64,000 bases of DNA, from assembly GCA_965198225.1 (NCBI GenBank), contig CBDAOY010000007.1, positions 640,001 to 704,000 on the forward strand, in the 5' to 3' direction. This DNA comes from Terriglobia bacterium (GTDB lineage: Bacteria > Acidobacteriota > Terriglobia > 20CM-2-55-15). Numbering within the stretch: position 1 is the first letter of the stretch; each line of letters starts with the position of its first letter. Below the pieces are notes generated by a model. It saw nothing but the letters and a program-made list of their open reading frames with translations, ran no database searches and was not told where the DNA came from. A program made the translations under genes and the position numbers. Positions 20,983 to 30,743 of this stretch are shown here, one piece after another.

Positions 20983-22417
20983 TCACGTAATCTTCCCGGA
21001 AATCCGCTCGATTTCGTTCAATCCGTGCCACAGCAGAGGCTCGCGGAAGCATATTGCGCCGCCGCCCCGCTTTTCCTGTGACGTCATGCGATTGATGTCG
21101 GCGACGACTACCCAGTCGCTCTTGCTGCCTTCCTCTTCGGCCAGGGTGGTTCCGTCACGCAACTGCACGGTCCGAACCCCTCGATCTTCATCCTCCTCCG
21201 AAATCGCCCACTTTGCGTGGTCCTTCGTATAGTGCCAGATGTAGCCTTCGAGCGCCTTCCCTTTGCTGTCGGTCAACATCGAGAGGTCGATGTTCGTCAC
21301 CTCGTCGACGACCTGCATGCCGTTGCTTTCAAAGAACTCGTGATGGTACTGCCGGCCCTTGTAGGTCGTGGTGAAATCGTGGGAGCCGAAATCCATGGCC
21401 GCGGGCTTGCCCTCTCCATCGAGGTCGGCAAAAGGTAACATGGCGGTGGGCGTCAGCCGGCGCCATGTTTCGACCCGCAGGTCGACGCCTTTGCTGCCTT
21501 TCGCATTCGTCAGACTTGGTCCGACCAGATCAACCCAGAAATCACCGAACCACGCGCCGCTCTTCGCGATGAGGCGAAATTGCTTGCCGCCCTTTGATTT
21601 GAAAGCCAGATCGGCAGGCTTCTTGCGTTTGTGAGTCTTCGAGTAGCGCTTGCCATAGCCGGGCGGGACGCTACCCTGTGCCAGTTGCCAGAGCGGGGAC
21701 CACTTCTCCGATTTCTGGGTGACTTCCTTCGGCAGACGGCACCCGAAGACCTGGGGTTCGTGCTGGGCACTCAACGCTCGAGCGATCTGATGCCGTCGCC
21801 ACGCCATCCAGAGTGATGCAAATGAACGTCTGCGCGTACTTCCAGGTGTACTCGGGATAGTAGAAGCGCCTTCCGGCCGGGGTGTGCAACGCTGGAATCT
21901 TGGGTGTGGAGTGCGACAGCCAGAACGCGGTGTCGGTCGCCAGATCGAAGGCCAGAACTCCTTTGTTGTGGCCGTTCGTCGAGTGGTTCGTCGGCATGCC
22001 TCGATCGCTCTGCCTGGCCGTGTCCGACGCGATCGCCGGTTTGACCGCGGGAGGCCAATCGCTTTTACCTTTCTCCCAGTCGGCGACGAGCCTGGCTTTG
22101 ACCTTGGCGGCCTGCTTCGGATCCTTCCTGGAAGGATCGTACGGACTCATGTCGTCGGGGTATTCGTCGTTGTAGAAGATCCATCCCGTTTTCGGTCCCG
22201 GCTTTGGGAAGAACTGCCGCATCGTTCGGTAGAGCGCTCCATTCCGGCCGGTGCCCAGTGTGCAGGGCGAGAGCTGCAGCGGTTTGTTCTCATGAGGATC
22301 GTAGTAGAGGTATTCGTTTCCGTTGGTCCTGCCGGCCGGTCCCACGCCCTCGGGAAGCTTGTACATGAACCACCAGTCGATGGCGGCTCCTTTCCTGTCG
22401 TTCCTTGCACTCAACAT
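20983..22417 (-). pseudogene. Deoxyribonuclease II-family (PLD superfamily) nuclease, frameshifted near 21790
   Basis: N-half DWWFMYKLP, GHNKGVLAFD, FWLSHSTPK, AQTFICITL; C-half FRLIAKS, VETW, DHAKWAIS, ADINRMTSQEKRGGGAICF in another frame; GGGGAG RBS before ATG 22417. Confidence 0.85.
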
Positions 22418-22638
22418 CGGTCGTATCTCCCCAAAGGCTGTCGAGAAAGTACTCGCTTCCGTCGACGCGCACCGACGCGGCGGCTCCCTGGGCCCCAAAG
22501 CCGTCCCCACAGAGCGTCCGGTCGGACCAGTCTTGGATCGTCTCGGCGAGGGTTGTCGACTTGTCGTCGGGATAAGAGACGTTCTTCCAGCCGGTCGGCA
22601 GGGCCAACGGGAATCGTGTGGGTCATTCGTGGTTTGCC

Positions 22639-24177
22639 TTACTGAGCAGCGAGGATCATCTCCGCAGCCTTCTCGCCGATCATCATCGAGGGCGCGTTCG
22701 TGTTGCCCGATGTGGCCCTCGGCATGATCGAGGCGTCGGCGACCCGCAGGCCGTCGATGCCATAGACCCGCAACTCGGGATCGACGACCGCCTCGTCGTC
22801 GACTCCCATCTTGCAGGTGCTGGTGGGATGAAAATACGTTGTCGCTGCCTGTCGGATGAACTTGATCATTTCGGACCGAGGCAGGTTGCCCGGCATGACT
22901 TCCCGTTTTCGGAGGTCGCCGAACGCGCTGGAGGCGCCCATCTCCCGGCAGAGTTCCACAGCGCTCAGCATCGCGTTCACGTCGGCATCGCGCGCCATGA
23001 AATTGACGTCGATCGCCGGTGCAACCGCGGGGTCGGACGAGACGAGCCTGACCGATCCGCGACTGGCCGGCCGGACGACGCTCGGCGCGATGGCGTAGCA
23101 GTTTTCGTTCGGAAGCCGGTCGGCCACCTCCGGCGTCGCGAAAGGGAACTCGATGATCACGGGCTGGATGTCCGGGCCAAGCATCCGAGAATCGGACTTC
23201 CACCACATCGTGCTTTCCGCTCCGTTGTTGCGAACTTCCGGAAGCGATCCCTGACATTCGTAGTTGATACCGGCGACCAGGACGTGGTCGTGGAGGTTCC
23301 GGCCGACACCGCTGAGGTTTGCAGTGACAGGAATGTCCAGTGCTTTGAGCTCTTCTTCGGGCCCGATTCCCGAAAGACTCAGTAACTGTGGAGATCCGAT
23401 TACCCCCGCGCAGAGGACGATCTCTTTCTCGGCCGCGGCCCTCCGCATGCCGCCATCGTGCTGGTATTCGACGCCGACCGCGCTGGCGGCGTCGATGAGA
23501 ACACGATGCGTGACGGCGTGCGTCCGCACCGTCAGGCCGGTTTTGTCCAACGCCGGCTGAAGGTATGCCTGGACCACGCTGTGCCGCTTGCCGTCCTTGA
23601 TCGTCATGTTGAAAAAGCTGGTGCCTTCCATCGAAGAGCCGTTGTTGTCCTCGACCCTGGGCAGGCCGACGGCAGGACCGGACTCGACGAAGGCGGTAGC
23701 GACGGGGTTCGGGTCCTCGGCGGGCTCGACATAGACGGGACCTCCCGTTCCCCTCAGTTCGCTCGGTGGACCCTGCCAGTCTTCCATTCTCTTGTACAGC
23801 GGGTGGATTTCACTCCAACTCCAGCCGGGATTGCCGTCGAGGGTCCAGCCATCGAAATCGCTCGGGTGTCCGCGAACCCACACGCTGGCATTGTGACTGT
23901 GGCATCCGCCCAGCATCTTGCCCCGAGGCACGTGATCGACCCTGTTGTCACAGCTTCCGAGGGGTGTCGTGTCGTACCCCCAGTCCAACTCACCCTTGAA
24001 CAGCGTCGGCCACTTGGAGGGATCGATCACGTCCGGGTGGGTTGCCGGTCCTCCACCTTCGAGCAGCAACACCCGCGCTTCGGGATTCTCTGACAATCGT
24101 GCGGCAACGACGCAACCGGCGGAGCCGGCACCCACGACGACGTAGTCATAAGTTTCCTCGAACGTATGGTTGCTCAT
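22639..24177 (-). CDS. GMC oxidoreductase (choline dehydrogenase-like)
   Basis: YDYVVVGAGSAGCVVAARLSE, PRGKMLGG, FHPTSTCKMG, GNTNAPSMMIGEK. Confidence 0.93.
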   Translation of the reverse strand: MSNHTFEETYDYVVVGAGSAGCVVAARLSENPEARVLLLEGGGPATHPDVIDPSKWPTLFKGELDWGYDTTPLGSCDNRVDHVPRGKMLGGCHSHNASVWVRGHPSDFDGWTLDGNPGWSWSEIHPLYKRMEDWQGPPSELRGTGGPVYVEPAEDPNPVATAFVESGPAVGLPRVEDNNGSSMEGTSFFNMTIKDGKRHSVVQAYLQPALDKTGLTVRTHAVTHRVLIDAASAVGVEYQHDGGMRRAAAEKEIVLCAGVIGSPQLLSLSGIGPEEELKALDIPVTANLSGVGRNLHDHVLVAGINYECQGSLPEVRNNGAESTMWWKSDSRMLGPDIQPVIIEFPFATPEVADRLPNENCYAIAPSVVRPASRGSVRLVSSDPAVAPAIDVNFMARDADVNAMLSAVELCREMGASSAFGDLRKREVMPGNLPRSEMIKFIRQAATTYFHPTSTCKMGVDDEAVVDPELRVYGIDGLRVADASIMPRATSGNTNAPSMMIGEKAAEMILAAQ

Positions 24178-24330
24178 CGATGTTCCCCCGCACAGGCCAT
24201 GCCTGATATGACGTAAACAGCTGAATTCCCGGCAAATAGCTGCCCGATATCCTGCACGATTTAGCTGTATAATTCCAGCTTCCATCGGCATCGCTCTCGA
24301 ACGCAGGTCTTGGCCCGACCGAGGATCTCT

Positions 24331-25104
24331 GTGGAATATCTGGAATTTGCATCTCAACTGGCTCGTGAAGCAGGCGGCGTCTTGAACTACTACGCCGCTC
24401 GCGAGAAGGAGATCGAGCACAAGGGGCGCGCCAATCTGGTCACGGTCGCGGACCGCGAAAGCGAGAAGCTGATCATCCGCGAGATCCGCGCCCGATATCC
24501 CGATCACACGATACTGGCCGAAGAGTCCGGTCTGTCCGCCGAAGCGGGTGAGGGTCGTTGGATCATCGACCCGCTGGACGGGACGACCAACTATGCCCAC
24601 CAGTTCCCGATGTTTTGTGTTTCGATCGGTTTTGAGCTGCACGGCCGGGTCCTCTGTGGCGCAGTCTACGATCCGGTCCGCGACGACCTGTTCACCGGAT
24701 CGCGCGGAAGGGGAGCCTTCGTGAACGGAGAACCGATTACGGTCTCCGATGTCGGCCGACTTGCGGACGGTTTATTGCTGACGGGTTTTCCGTATGGCGT
24801 CCGGGAGAAGATGGAGCATGCCCTCGGGCTCTTTCGGTCTTTTCTGGTCGCGTCTCAGGCCGTCCGGCGTGCCGGAGCGGCCGCCCTGGATCTCTGCTAT
24901 CTCGCTGCCGGAAGATGCGACGGGTTCTGGGAGCTGGACCTGAACCCCTGGGATACCGCCGCCGGCCTGGTGATTGCCGAGGAGGCTGGCGCGCGCGTCA
25001 CGGACTTCGGGGGCGGCGCCTTTGCGATCTACTCCAAAGAAATCCTCGCGTCGAATGGTCTGATACACGAGGAGATGGTTCAGACATTGGGCGGAGAGAA
25101 GTAG
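24331..25104 (+). CDS. suhB: Inositol monophosphatase family protein (SuhB-like)
   Basis: WIIDPLDGTTNYAH and PWDTAAG; GTG start assumed. Confidence 0.9.
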   Translation: MEYLEFASQLAREAGGVLNYYAAREKEIEHKGRANLVTVADRESEKLIIREIRARYPDHTILAEESGLSAEAGEGRWIIDPLDGTTNYAHQFPMFCVSIGFELHGRVLCGAVYDPVRDDLFTGSRGRGAFVNGEPITVSDVGRLADGLLLTGFPYGVREKMEHALGLFRSFLVASQAVRRAGAAALDLCYLAAGRCDGFWELDLNPWDTAAGLVIAEEAGARVTDFGGGAFAIYSKEILASNGLIHEEMVQTLGGEK

Positions 25105-25140
25105 TCCGTGGTGCTCTGGGTGCGATCCGTTCCCCCACTT

Positions 25141-25230
25141 CTCTGCGCAGTCAACACCCGGGGACAGGGCCAGGCCCCTGTCCCCGACCATTCTTTAGCG
25201 TCGGGCCCACCGTCCCCCTCTCAGTGCGAG
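25141..25230. repeat. Family A REP-like palindrome with an internal insertion
   Basis: CACCCGGGGACAGGGCCAGGCCCCTGTCCCC, then a 26-bp insert, then a repeated GTCCCC-CTC. Confidence 0.8.
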
Positions 25231-25428
25231 TGAAAGCGTTCGACGACCCACGCGCATTGCGACGGCTCCGGAGAAAGACAGCTGGTCCGGTCCCCCCACG
25301 CCTCGGAGCTTTCCCGATCATCTCGCCCGCATCAACACTCGCTTTGCGGAGCATTTTTCGAGACACGATACGGTTCCTGACCTATGATCTTTCTGATCAC
25401 GGAATCCCACACCGACGGAGGCCTTTCG

Positions 25429-27552
25429 ATGATTCGCGCATGGAGCCTGGTCCTGATTGTCTCTCTCCGGATCGCCGGTCCAGCCTATTCCCAGCAGGCC
25501 GAGCAAGTCTCGGCGATGACGGCCGACCAAGTCTCGGCCATGACGACCGATGACGTCCTGGATCTTGTCGCCATGTCCGATGCTGAAATCTCGCCCGACG
25601 GCGAATGGATTCTGTATTCCCGGTCCGATTTGAAGTGGGGAGACAACAAGCGAGAATCATACCTGTGGATGGTGTCCGCCGATGGCGCCGACCACTTCCA
25701 GTTCACTTCGCACGCTGGAGATGGCTCTGCAGGCTGGTCGCCGGATGGACGTATGATTGCCTTCCTTTCTTCGAGAAAGGCCGGCGGCGGGGTCGGTGAC
25801 GAGGGGGATGAGAACGGAGGCGGGCGGCAGATCTGGCTGATACGGACCCGCGGAGGCGAGGCCTGGCAGCTTACCGAGCACGACGGCGGCGTGTCTGCGT
25901 TCGAATGGTCGCCTGATGGGCACTCGATCGTGTTTCGGGCATCAGACACGAAATCAAAGGAAGAGAAGGAGGCCGAAGAAGGCGGAGACGACGCGATTTA
26001 CGTCGACGAGGGCCCGAACGGTCAGGGTCGCCGCAGCTGGTCGAATCTGTGGACGATTTCCATCGACGATAGGACGGAGCGACAGATCACTTCAGGTGAT
26101 TGGGCCGTCGCCGGTTTTGCCATATCACCCGACGGCAAGACGATCGCGTTTCACGCCCGGCGGGAGAGAGAACGCAACAACGGCAACCTGACCGAAATCT
26201 ACACTGTCGGCATCGTCGAGGGCGAAATCGAGCGTCTCACCGACAACCGGTCGCCGGAATCCGGCGTCAAGTGGTCTCCCGACGGGCGATCGATCTCCTA
26301 CACGGCCGCTCATGACGCCGAATGGGAGCTCTACAACCGGAAGATCCGGATCATGGAAGTGGATACGAAGGTCTCCCGCGTGCTGACCGACGGATACGAC
26401 GGGAACATCGGAACCTACGAGTGGTCTCCTGACGGCTCGAAAGTCCTCTTCGCGGGCCAGCACCGGACGATGAACAACCTCTTTGAGGTCGACGCGGAAA
26501 GCGGCGCCGTCAAACAGCTCACAGAGGAAGAAGGTGTCTTTCAAGTCAGTTCCTTCTCGAAGGATCGCAAACGGGCGGCAGCCCTCTACGAGACGCCCCA
26601 GACTCCCCGCAGTCTCTACCTGCTCGACCGAACGACACTCGAACGCACCGAACTCGTCGACCTCAATCCAGACGCTGAGAGTTTCGAGATGCCGCGGGCA
26701 GAAGTGGTTCGATGGAAGAGCAAGGACGGGACCGAGATCGAAGGGGTCCTCCACCTGCCCCACGACTACCAGGAAGGCACGCGGCTGCCTTTCATACTGA
26801 GCATTCATGGCGGCCCGGCCAGTGTATGGCGTTACAACTTCAACTCGGCCGCGGCCGTGTTCACGGGCCTGGGATACGCAGTGCTGTCGCCGAATGTGCG
26901 GGGAAGCAGGGGCTATTCAGACGCCTTGCTTCGCGGAAACCTGAACGACATCGGTGGCGGAGACTACTGGGACGCAATGACGGGAGTCGATGCCATGATC
27001 GATCGAGGAATTGCCGATCCGGAGCGGTTGGCCGTTCGCGGCTGGAGCTACGGCGGCATTCTCGGTGGCTGGGCGATCACACAAACTGACCGCTTCAAGG
27101 CGGCGTCGCTGGGCGCGATGGTTGCCGATTGGACCTCGGAGTACGCGATGGGGTTCAACAACGACATCCGTTACTGGTACATCGGGGGAACCCCCTGGGA
27201 GAACCCGGAAGGCTACAGGCGACAGTCCGCCTTCACGTACATCGACAACGTGTCCACGCCGACGATCCTCTTCCATGGCGAGAGAGACACCACCGACACG
27301 ATCGGCCAATCCATGATCTTCTACCAGGGCTTGAAGGATCGTGGAGTCGACACCCGGTTTATCCGGTTTCCCCGGGAGCCTCACGGCTTCCGAGAACCCC
27401 GCCACCAGCGGACTCGCGATATCGAGGAAATCGCGTGGTTCGAGAAATACGTGCGCGGACGGGATTTCGAGATTAAGAAGCGGACCGAGGAAGAGGAGGC
27501 AGAAGAGGGAAGCTCTGCCAAGACGGACGGAAGTCCGAACGAGTGTAGGTGA
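25429..27552 (+). CDS. S9 family serine peptidase with a beta-propeller, secreted
   Basis: WSPDG repeats, IHGGP, nucleophile GWSYGG, HGERD, EPHG; GGAGG RBS before ATG 25429. Confidence 0.93.
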   Translation: MIRAWSLVLIVSLRIAGPAYSQQAEQVSAMTADQVSAMTTDDVLDLVAMSDAEISPDGEWILYSRSDLKWGDNKRESYLWMVSADGADHFQFTSHAGDGSAGWSPDGRMIAFLSSRKAGGGVGDEGDENGGGRQIWLIRTRGGEAWQLTEHDGGVSAFEWSPDGHSIVFRASDTKSKEEKEAEEGGDDAIYVDEGPNGQGRRSWSNLWTISIDDRTERQITSGDWAVAGFAISPDGKTIAFHARRERERNNGNLTEIYTVGIVEGEIERLTDNRSPESGVKWSPDGRSISYTAAHDAEWELYNRKIRIMEVDTKVSRVLTDGYDGNIGTYEWSPDGSKVLFAGQHRTMNNLFEVDAESGAVKQLTEEEGVFQVSSFSKDRKRAAALYETPQTPRSLYLLDRTTLERTELVDLNPDAESFEMPRAEVVRWKSKDGTEIEGVLHLPHDYQEGTRLPFILSIHGGPASVWRYNFNSAAAVFTGLGYAVLSPNVRGSRGYSDALLRGNLNDIGGGDYWDAMTGVDAMIDRGIADPERLAVRGWSYGGILGGWAITQTDRFKAASLGAMVADWTSEYAMGFNNDIRYWYIGGTPWENPEGYRRQSAFTYIDNVSTPTILFHGERDTTDTIGQSMIFYQGLKDRGVDTRFIRFPREPHGFREPRHQRTRDIEEIAWFEKYVRGRDFEIKKRTEEEEAEEGSSAKTDGSPNECR

Positions 27553-27613
27553 GCGCAATGAGCGCACTGCCCTCAAGCTCGAAAGATGTGCGGTCATAGA
27601 CCGCACCTACACT
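27542..27613. repeat. GTAG-type REP doublet, family C (left arm degenerate)
   Basis: AGTGTAGGTG...GTGCGGTCATAGACCGCACCTACACT; right arm identical to the copy at 54531-54555. Confidence 0.8.
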
Positions 27614-29369
27614 ATTTGACTACGTCCCCCATCTTCATCACGAAAAGAGTGCGATCGTCTGAGGCCGTGCCGACGTCGGAGAACTGTCGGATCGCGTCAC
27701 TGACGCCTTCGACTACGCCTTCGGGGTCCCGCTCCCGGCAATCGAGGACGACCTGCGCGAGGCGCTTCAATCCGAACTCTTCGCCCGCCTGATTCTGCAT
27801 TTCCACAATCCCGTCGGAGTAGAAGACCAGCAGGTCCCCGTTTTCGAGAGAGATCGATCGTTCCTGGTACGTGGAGTCGGGAAACAAGCCGAGAGGGATT
27901 CCCGACACATCCAGGAACGAGCAGGCGTCCTCGCGGACGCGGATCGGGTAGGGCAGTCCCGAATTTGCGACTGTGATCTGTCGGTTTTCCGGGTCGTACA
28001 CCGCGTAGACCAGCGCGACGTACTGAGTGGCGATCGGCCGCTGCTGTAGTGTCTTGTTGACCATTTCCAGCATCTCGGCGGGAAGATACTTGCGGGTTGC
28101 GCGTGTTCGGATTATGCCGCTGGCCAATGCGCCGTAGAGTGCGGCGGGCGCCCCCTTTCCGGCGACATCCCCGACCGCGATCGCCACTCGCCCGTCGTCG
28201 AACCGGATCACGTCGTAGAGATCACCCCCCAGGTGAGCGACCGGGATGAACGAAACCGCGAGCGCCAGAGGACCGAGCGAAGGCATTTCATCGGGCAGCA
28301 GCTGGCGCTGAATCTCACGGGCGATTTCCAGCTCGTTGTCCAGCCGTTGCTCGTCCGCAACGACCTTCTCGTACAGCTCCGCATTTACGAGAGCCGATGC
28401 GATTCTGCTCGCGAGCGTGAGCAAAAGCCGTTGGTCGTATTCAGTAAAGTTATCCCTCCTCCGGCTTTCCAGGTCGAGGACACCGATGACTTTGCCTTTG
28501 TAGGCCAGCGGAATCACCATCTCGGAAACGGTCTCGGGGTGAACGTTGATGTAGCGGGGATCCTGGCTAACGTCACTCACCCGAATCGGCTTGTTCTCCA
28601 GCGCTGCCGTTCCGACCAGACCCTTTCCGAGCGCAACGTCGAACTTTTCGAATGTATGCTTGTTGGGTCGAAAAACGATGCGGGGTTTCAGCCGGCCGGT
28701 TTCTCCGTCCAGCAGCATGATCGAAAAGATGTGGTAGTCGATCGACGACTTGACCGCATCGGCGATCTTGTTGATCAGCTCGTCGACCTCCAACGTCGAG
28801 GCCATCTCCAGACTGATGTCATAGAGCATCGTGAGCAACTCGCGGTTGCGCCGCTCGCGTTCGTAGAGGTTGGCGTTTTCGATGGCGATGGCGATCTGGC
28901 TGCCCAACAGGTGAAGCATCCGAACCTGTTCGTCCCTGAAGTAGCCGACTTCAGGGCTCTCGATGTCGAGAACGCCCATGACGCGATTCTTGCTGATCAA
29001 CGGCACGGCCAACTCTGAACGTGTCGCCGACACGACGTTGATGTAACGGGAGTCGGCAGAAACATCGTCCACCACCACCGGACGACGTTCTCGGGCTGCA
29101 GTTCCGATGAGGCCCTGGCCGAGGGGAACCCGGAGCGAATCGACCACCTCCTGCGGGTGGCCTATGGCGAAACGGTAGTAGAGTTCCTGGGTCGGCTCAT
29201 CCAGGAGCAGAATCGCGAAGACCTGGTACGGGACGAACCGCTGCGTCAATTCCGCGATCTTGTTCAGGAGGAGGTCGAGATCCAGGATCGATGTGATCTC
29301 ATGGTTGATTTCGATGAGGTCGGCCAGGAAACGCGTGTCCCGGAAACCCAGCTCTGGATTCTTGCTCAT
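27612..29369 (-). CDS. Two-GAF-domain SpoIIE/RsbU-type PP2C phosphatase
   Basis: Two GAF repeats (SELAVPL...GVLDIES; SEMVIPL...GVLDLES); PP2C motifs GGDLYD, GDVAGKG, YSDG, DDRT. Confidence 0.92.
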   Translation of the reverse strand: MSKNPELGFRDTRFLADLIEINHEITSILDLDLLLNKIAELTQRFVPYQVFAILLLDEPTQELYYRFAIGHPQEVVDSLRVPLGQGLIGTAARERRPVVVDDVSADSRYINVVSATRSELAVPLISKNRVMGVLDIESPEVGYFRDEQVRMLHLLGSQIAIAIENANLYERERRNRELLTMLYDISLEMASTLEVDELINKIADAVKSSIDYHIFSIMLLDGETGRLKPRIVFRPNKHTFEKFDVALGKGLVGTAALENKPIRVSDVSQDPRYINVHPETVSEMVIPLAYKGKVIGVLDLESRRRDNFTEYDQRLLLTLASRIASALVNAELYEKVVADEQRLDNELEIAREIQRQLLPDEMPSLGPLALAVSFIPVAHLGGDLYDVIRFDDGRVAIAVGDVAGKGAPAALYGALASGIIRTRATRKYLPAEMLEMVNKTLQQRPIATQYVALVYAVYDPENRQITVANSGLPYPIRVREDACSFLDVSGIPLGLFPDSTYQERSISLENGDLLVFYSDGIVEMQNQAGEEFGLKRLAQVVLDCRERDPEGVVEGVSDAIRQFSDVGTASDDRTLFVMKMGDVVK

Positions 29370-30054
29370 GACGGTGCGCTTTCGAGGATGTCGACGCTCG
29401 AGCTGGAACCCAGCCGCGACGCTCCCGCATCGAGAAGGGCCCGGGCCTGGCCGTAGGTCCGGATACCGCCGGCAGCCTTGATTCCAACGGATTCCTCCAG
29501 GTTCAGGCGCAGGAATCGAACGTCTTCCAGCGTAGCTCCGCGCGGAGCGTATCCGGTCGAAGTCTTCACGAAATCCGGTCGAACACGGTTGGCGATCGTC
29601 ACGATCCGATGCAGGTCGTCTTCGGTGAGGTACGCGGTTTCGATTATGAATTTGGTTCCCATGCCCAGTTTCCGTCCGAGCCGATTGAGCCTTTCGATCT
29701 CTTCACCGAGCTGTTCGAAACGGCCCGATCTTACCTGCGAGACGTTCGTAACGACATCCACTTCGTGCGCACCATTCCCGGCCGCGCGACGCATCTCGTC
29801 TTCCTTCGTCGCTGTAGGCCAGCCGCTCGCGGATTTCGACCGGTGAAGGTGCACCCGAACGGGAATGCCACCACGGTAGTGACGCGCACCCCGCTCCCGG
29901 CGAGCAACTCTCTGGCCGTCGTCACGTAGAACGGGAAGACGCAGACCGCATAGGTCCTGTAGCGCACCGCTTCGCCGCAGATCCGGTGGACATCCTCCTC
30001 CGTCGAGTTCGGCCGCAGCAGCGTGTGCTCGATGTGGCTGGCAAGATCACTCAA
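29366..30054 (-). pseudogene. deoC: Deoxyribose-phosphate aldolase disrupted by a 29-bp insertion
   Basis: N-half IEHTLLRP...VVAFPFG; C-half KFIIET, FVKTSTG, IKAAGGIR, RLGSSS; removing 29813-29841 restores a 219-aa ORF. Confidence 0.9.
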
Positions 30055-30595
30055 GATCCAACACCTTCACGTCGGGCAGGTGCCGGTAGCGCTGGGCGAA
30101 ATCGAGCCCGTAACCGACCACGAACACATCCGGGATCCGAAAACCGACGTAGTCCAGGGCGTGCGCTCCCTCGCCGTTTCCCGTTTTTTCCAAGAACGTT
30201 GCGAATCGGACCGATTTCGCACCGAGCGCCTCAGTTCGTTCGCGGATGAAATCGATCGTCAGGCCCGTCTCGACGATGTCCTCGATGATCAACACGTCTT
30301 TGCCCTCGAGGGAAAGATCCGAATCATGGAGCAGTTCGACCTTGCCCGAAGATGACGTCCCATCACGGTAGCTTCGCACGGACATGAAATCGAGGGTGAC
30401 CTCCAGTTCTGGAGCCATCGCCCGGACCAGGTCGGCCGCGAAGACGAAACCGCCCCTCAAGACGACCAGCGCCACCATTTCCGAATTCGCGTAGTCGGCG
30501 GAGATCTCGCGAGCCAGTTCGGCGACCCGGATCGCGATCTGCTCTCCGGATATCAGTACACCGTTGTGCAATCGGGATTTAGGGGCGCTTTCCAT
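30047..30595 (-). CDS. hpt: Hypoxanthine phosphoribosyltransferase
   Basis: VLRGGFVFAADL, VLIIEDIVETGLT, FVVGYGLD. Confidence 0.95.
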   Translation of the reverse strand: MESAPKSRLHNGVLISGEQIAIRVAELAREISADYANSEMVALVVLRGGFVFAADLVRAMAPELEVTLDFMSVRSYRDGTSSSGKVELLHDSDLSLEGKDVLIIEDIVETGLTIDFIRERTEALGAKSVRFATFLEKTGNGEGAHALDYVGFRIPDVFVVGYGLDFAQRYRHLPDVKVLDLE

Positions 30596-30676
30596 CTCGC
30601 TAGTGTATCTTCAGGGTTGGCGAATTCCCATACAAGTCTCCGGCGGCGACGCCGCGAGACGCACCCGATGTGGCGG

Positions 30677-30705
30677 TTGACTTTGGGTCGAAAGGGGAAT
30701 ATAAA
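30677..30705 (+). promoter_or_regulatory. Putative sigma70 promoter
   Basis: TTGACT-17 nt-TATAAA upstream of the 30744 ORF. Confidence 0.5.
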
Positions 30706-30743
30706 CGCCTTTAAAGAAAAGAACTTATCGGTGGAGGATTACA

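Noticed and set aside
21780-21810. Programmed frameshift in the DNase II gene (also considered for deoC and the IS256 transposase)
   Set aside because: No slippery run at the shift sites; deoC and the transposase are explained by a discrete insertion and a deletion
21671-23257. 528-aa ORF as a single protein
   Set aside because: The first ~280 codons are an off-frame overlap with the GMC gene and spacer; DNase II similarity starts at the RBS-supported ATG at 22417
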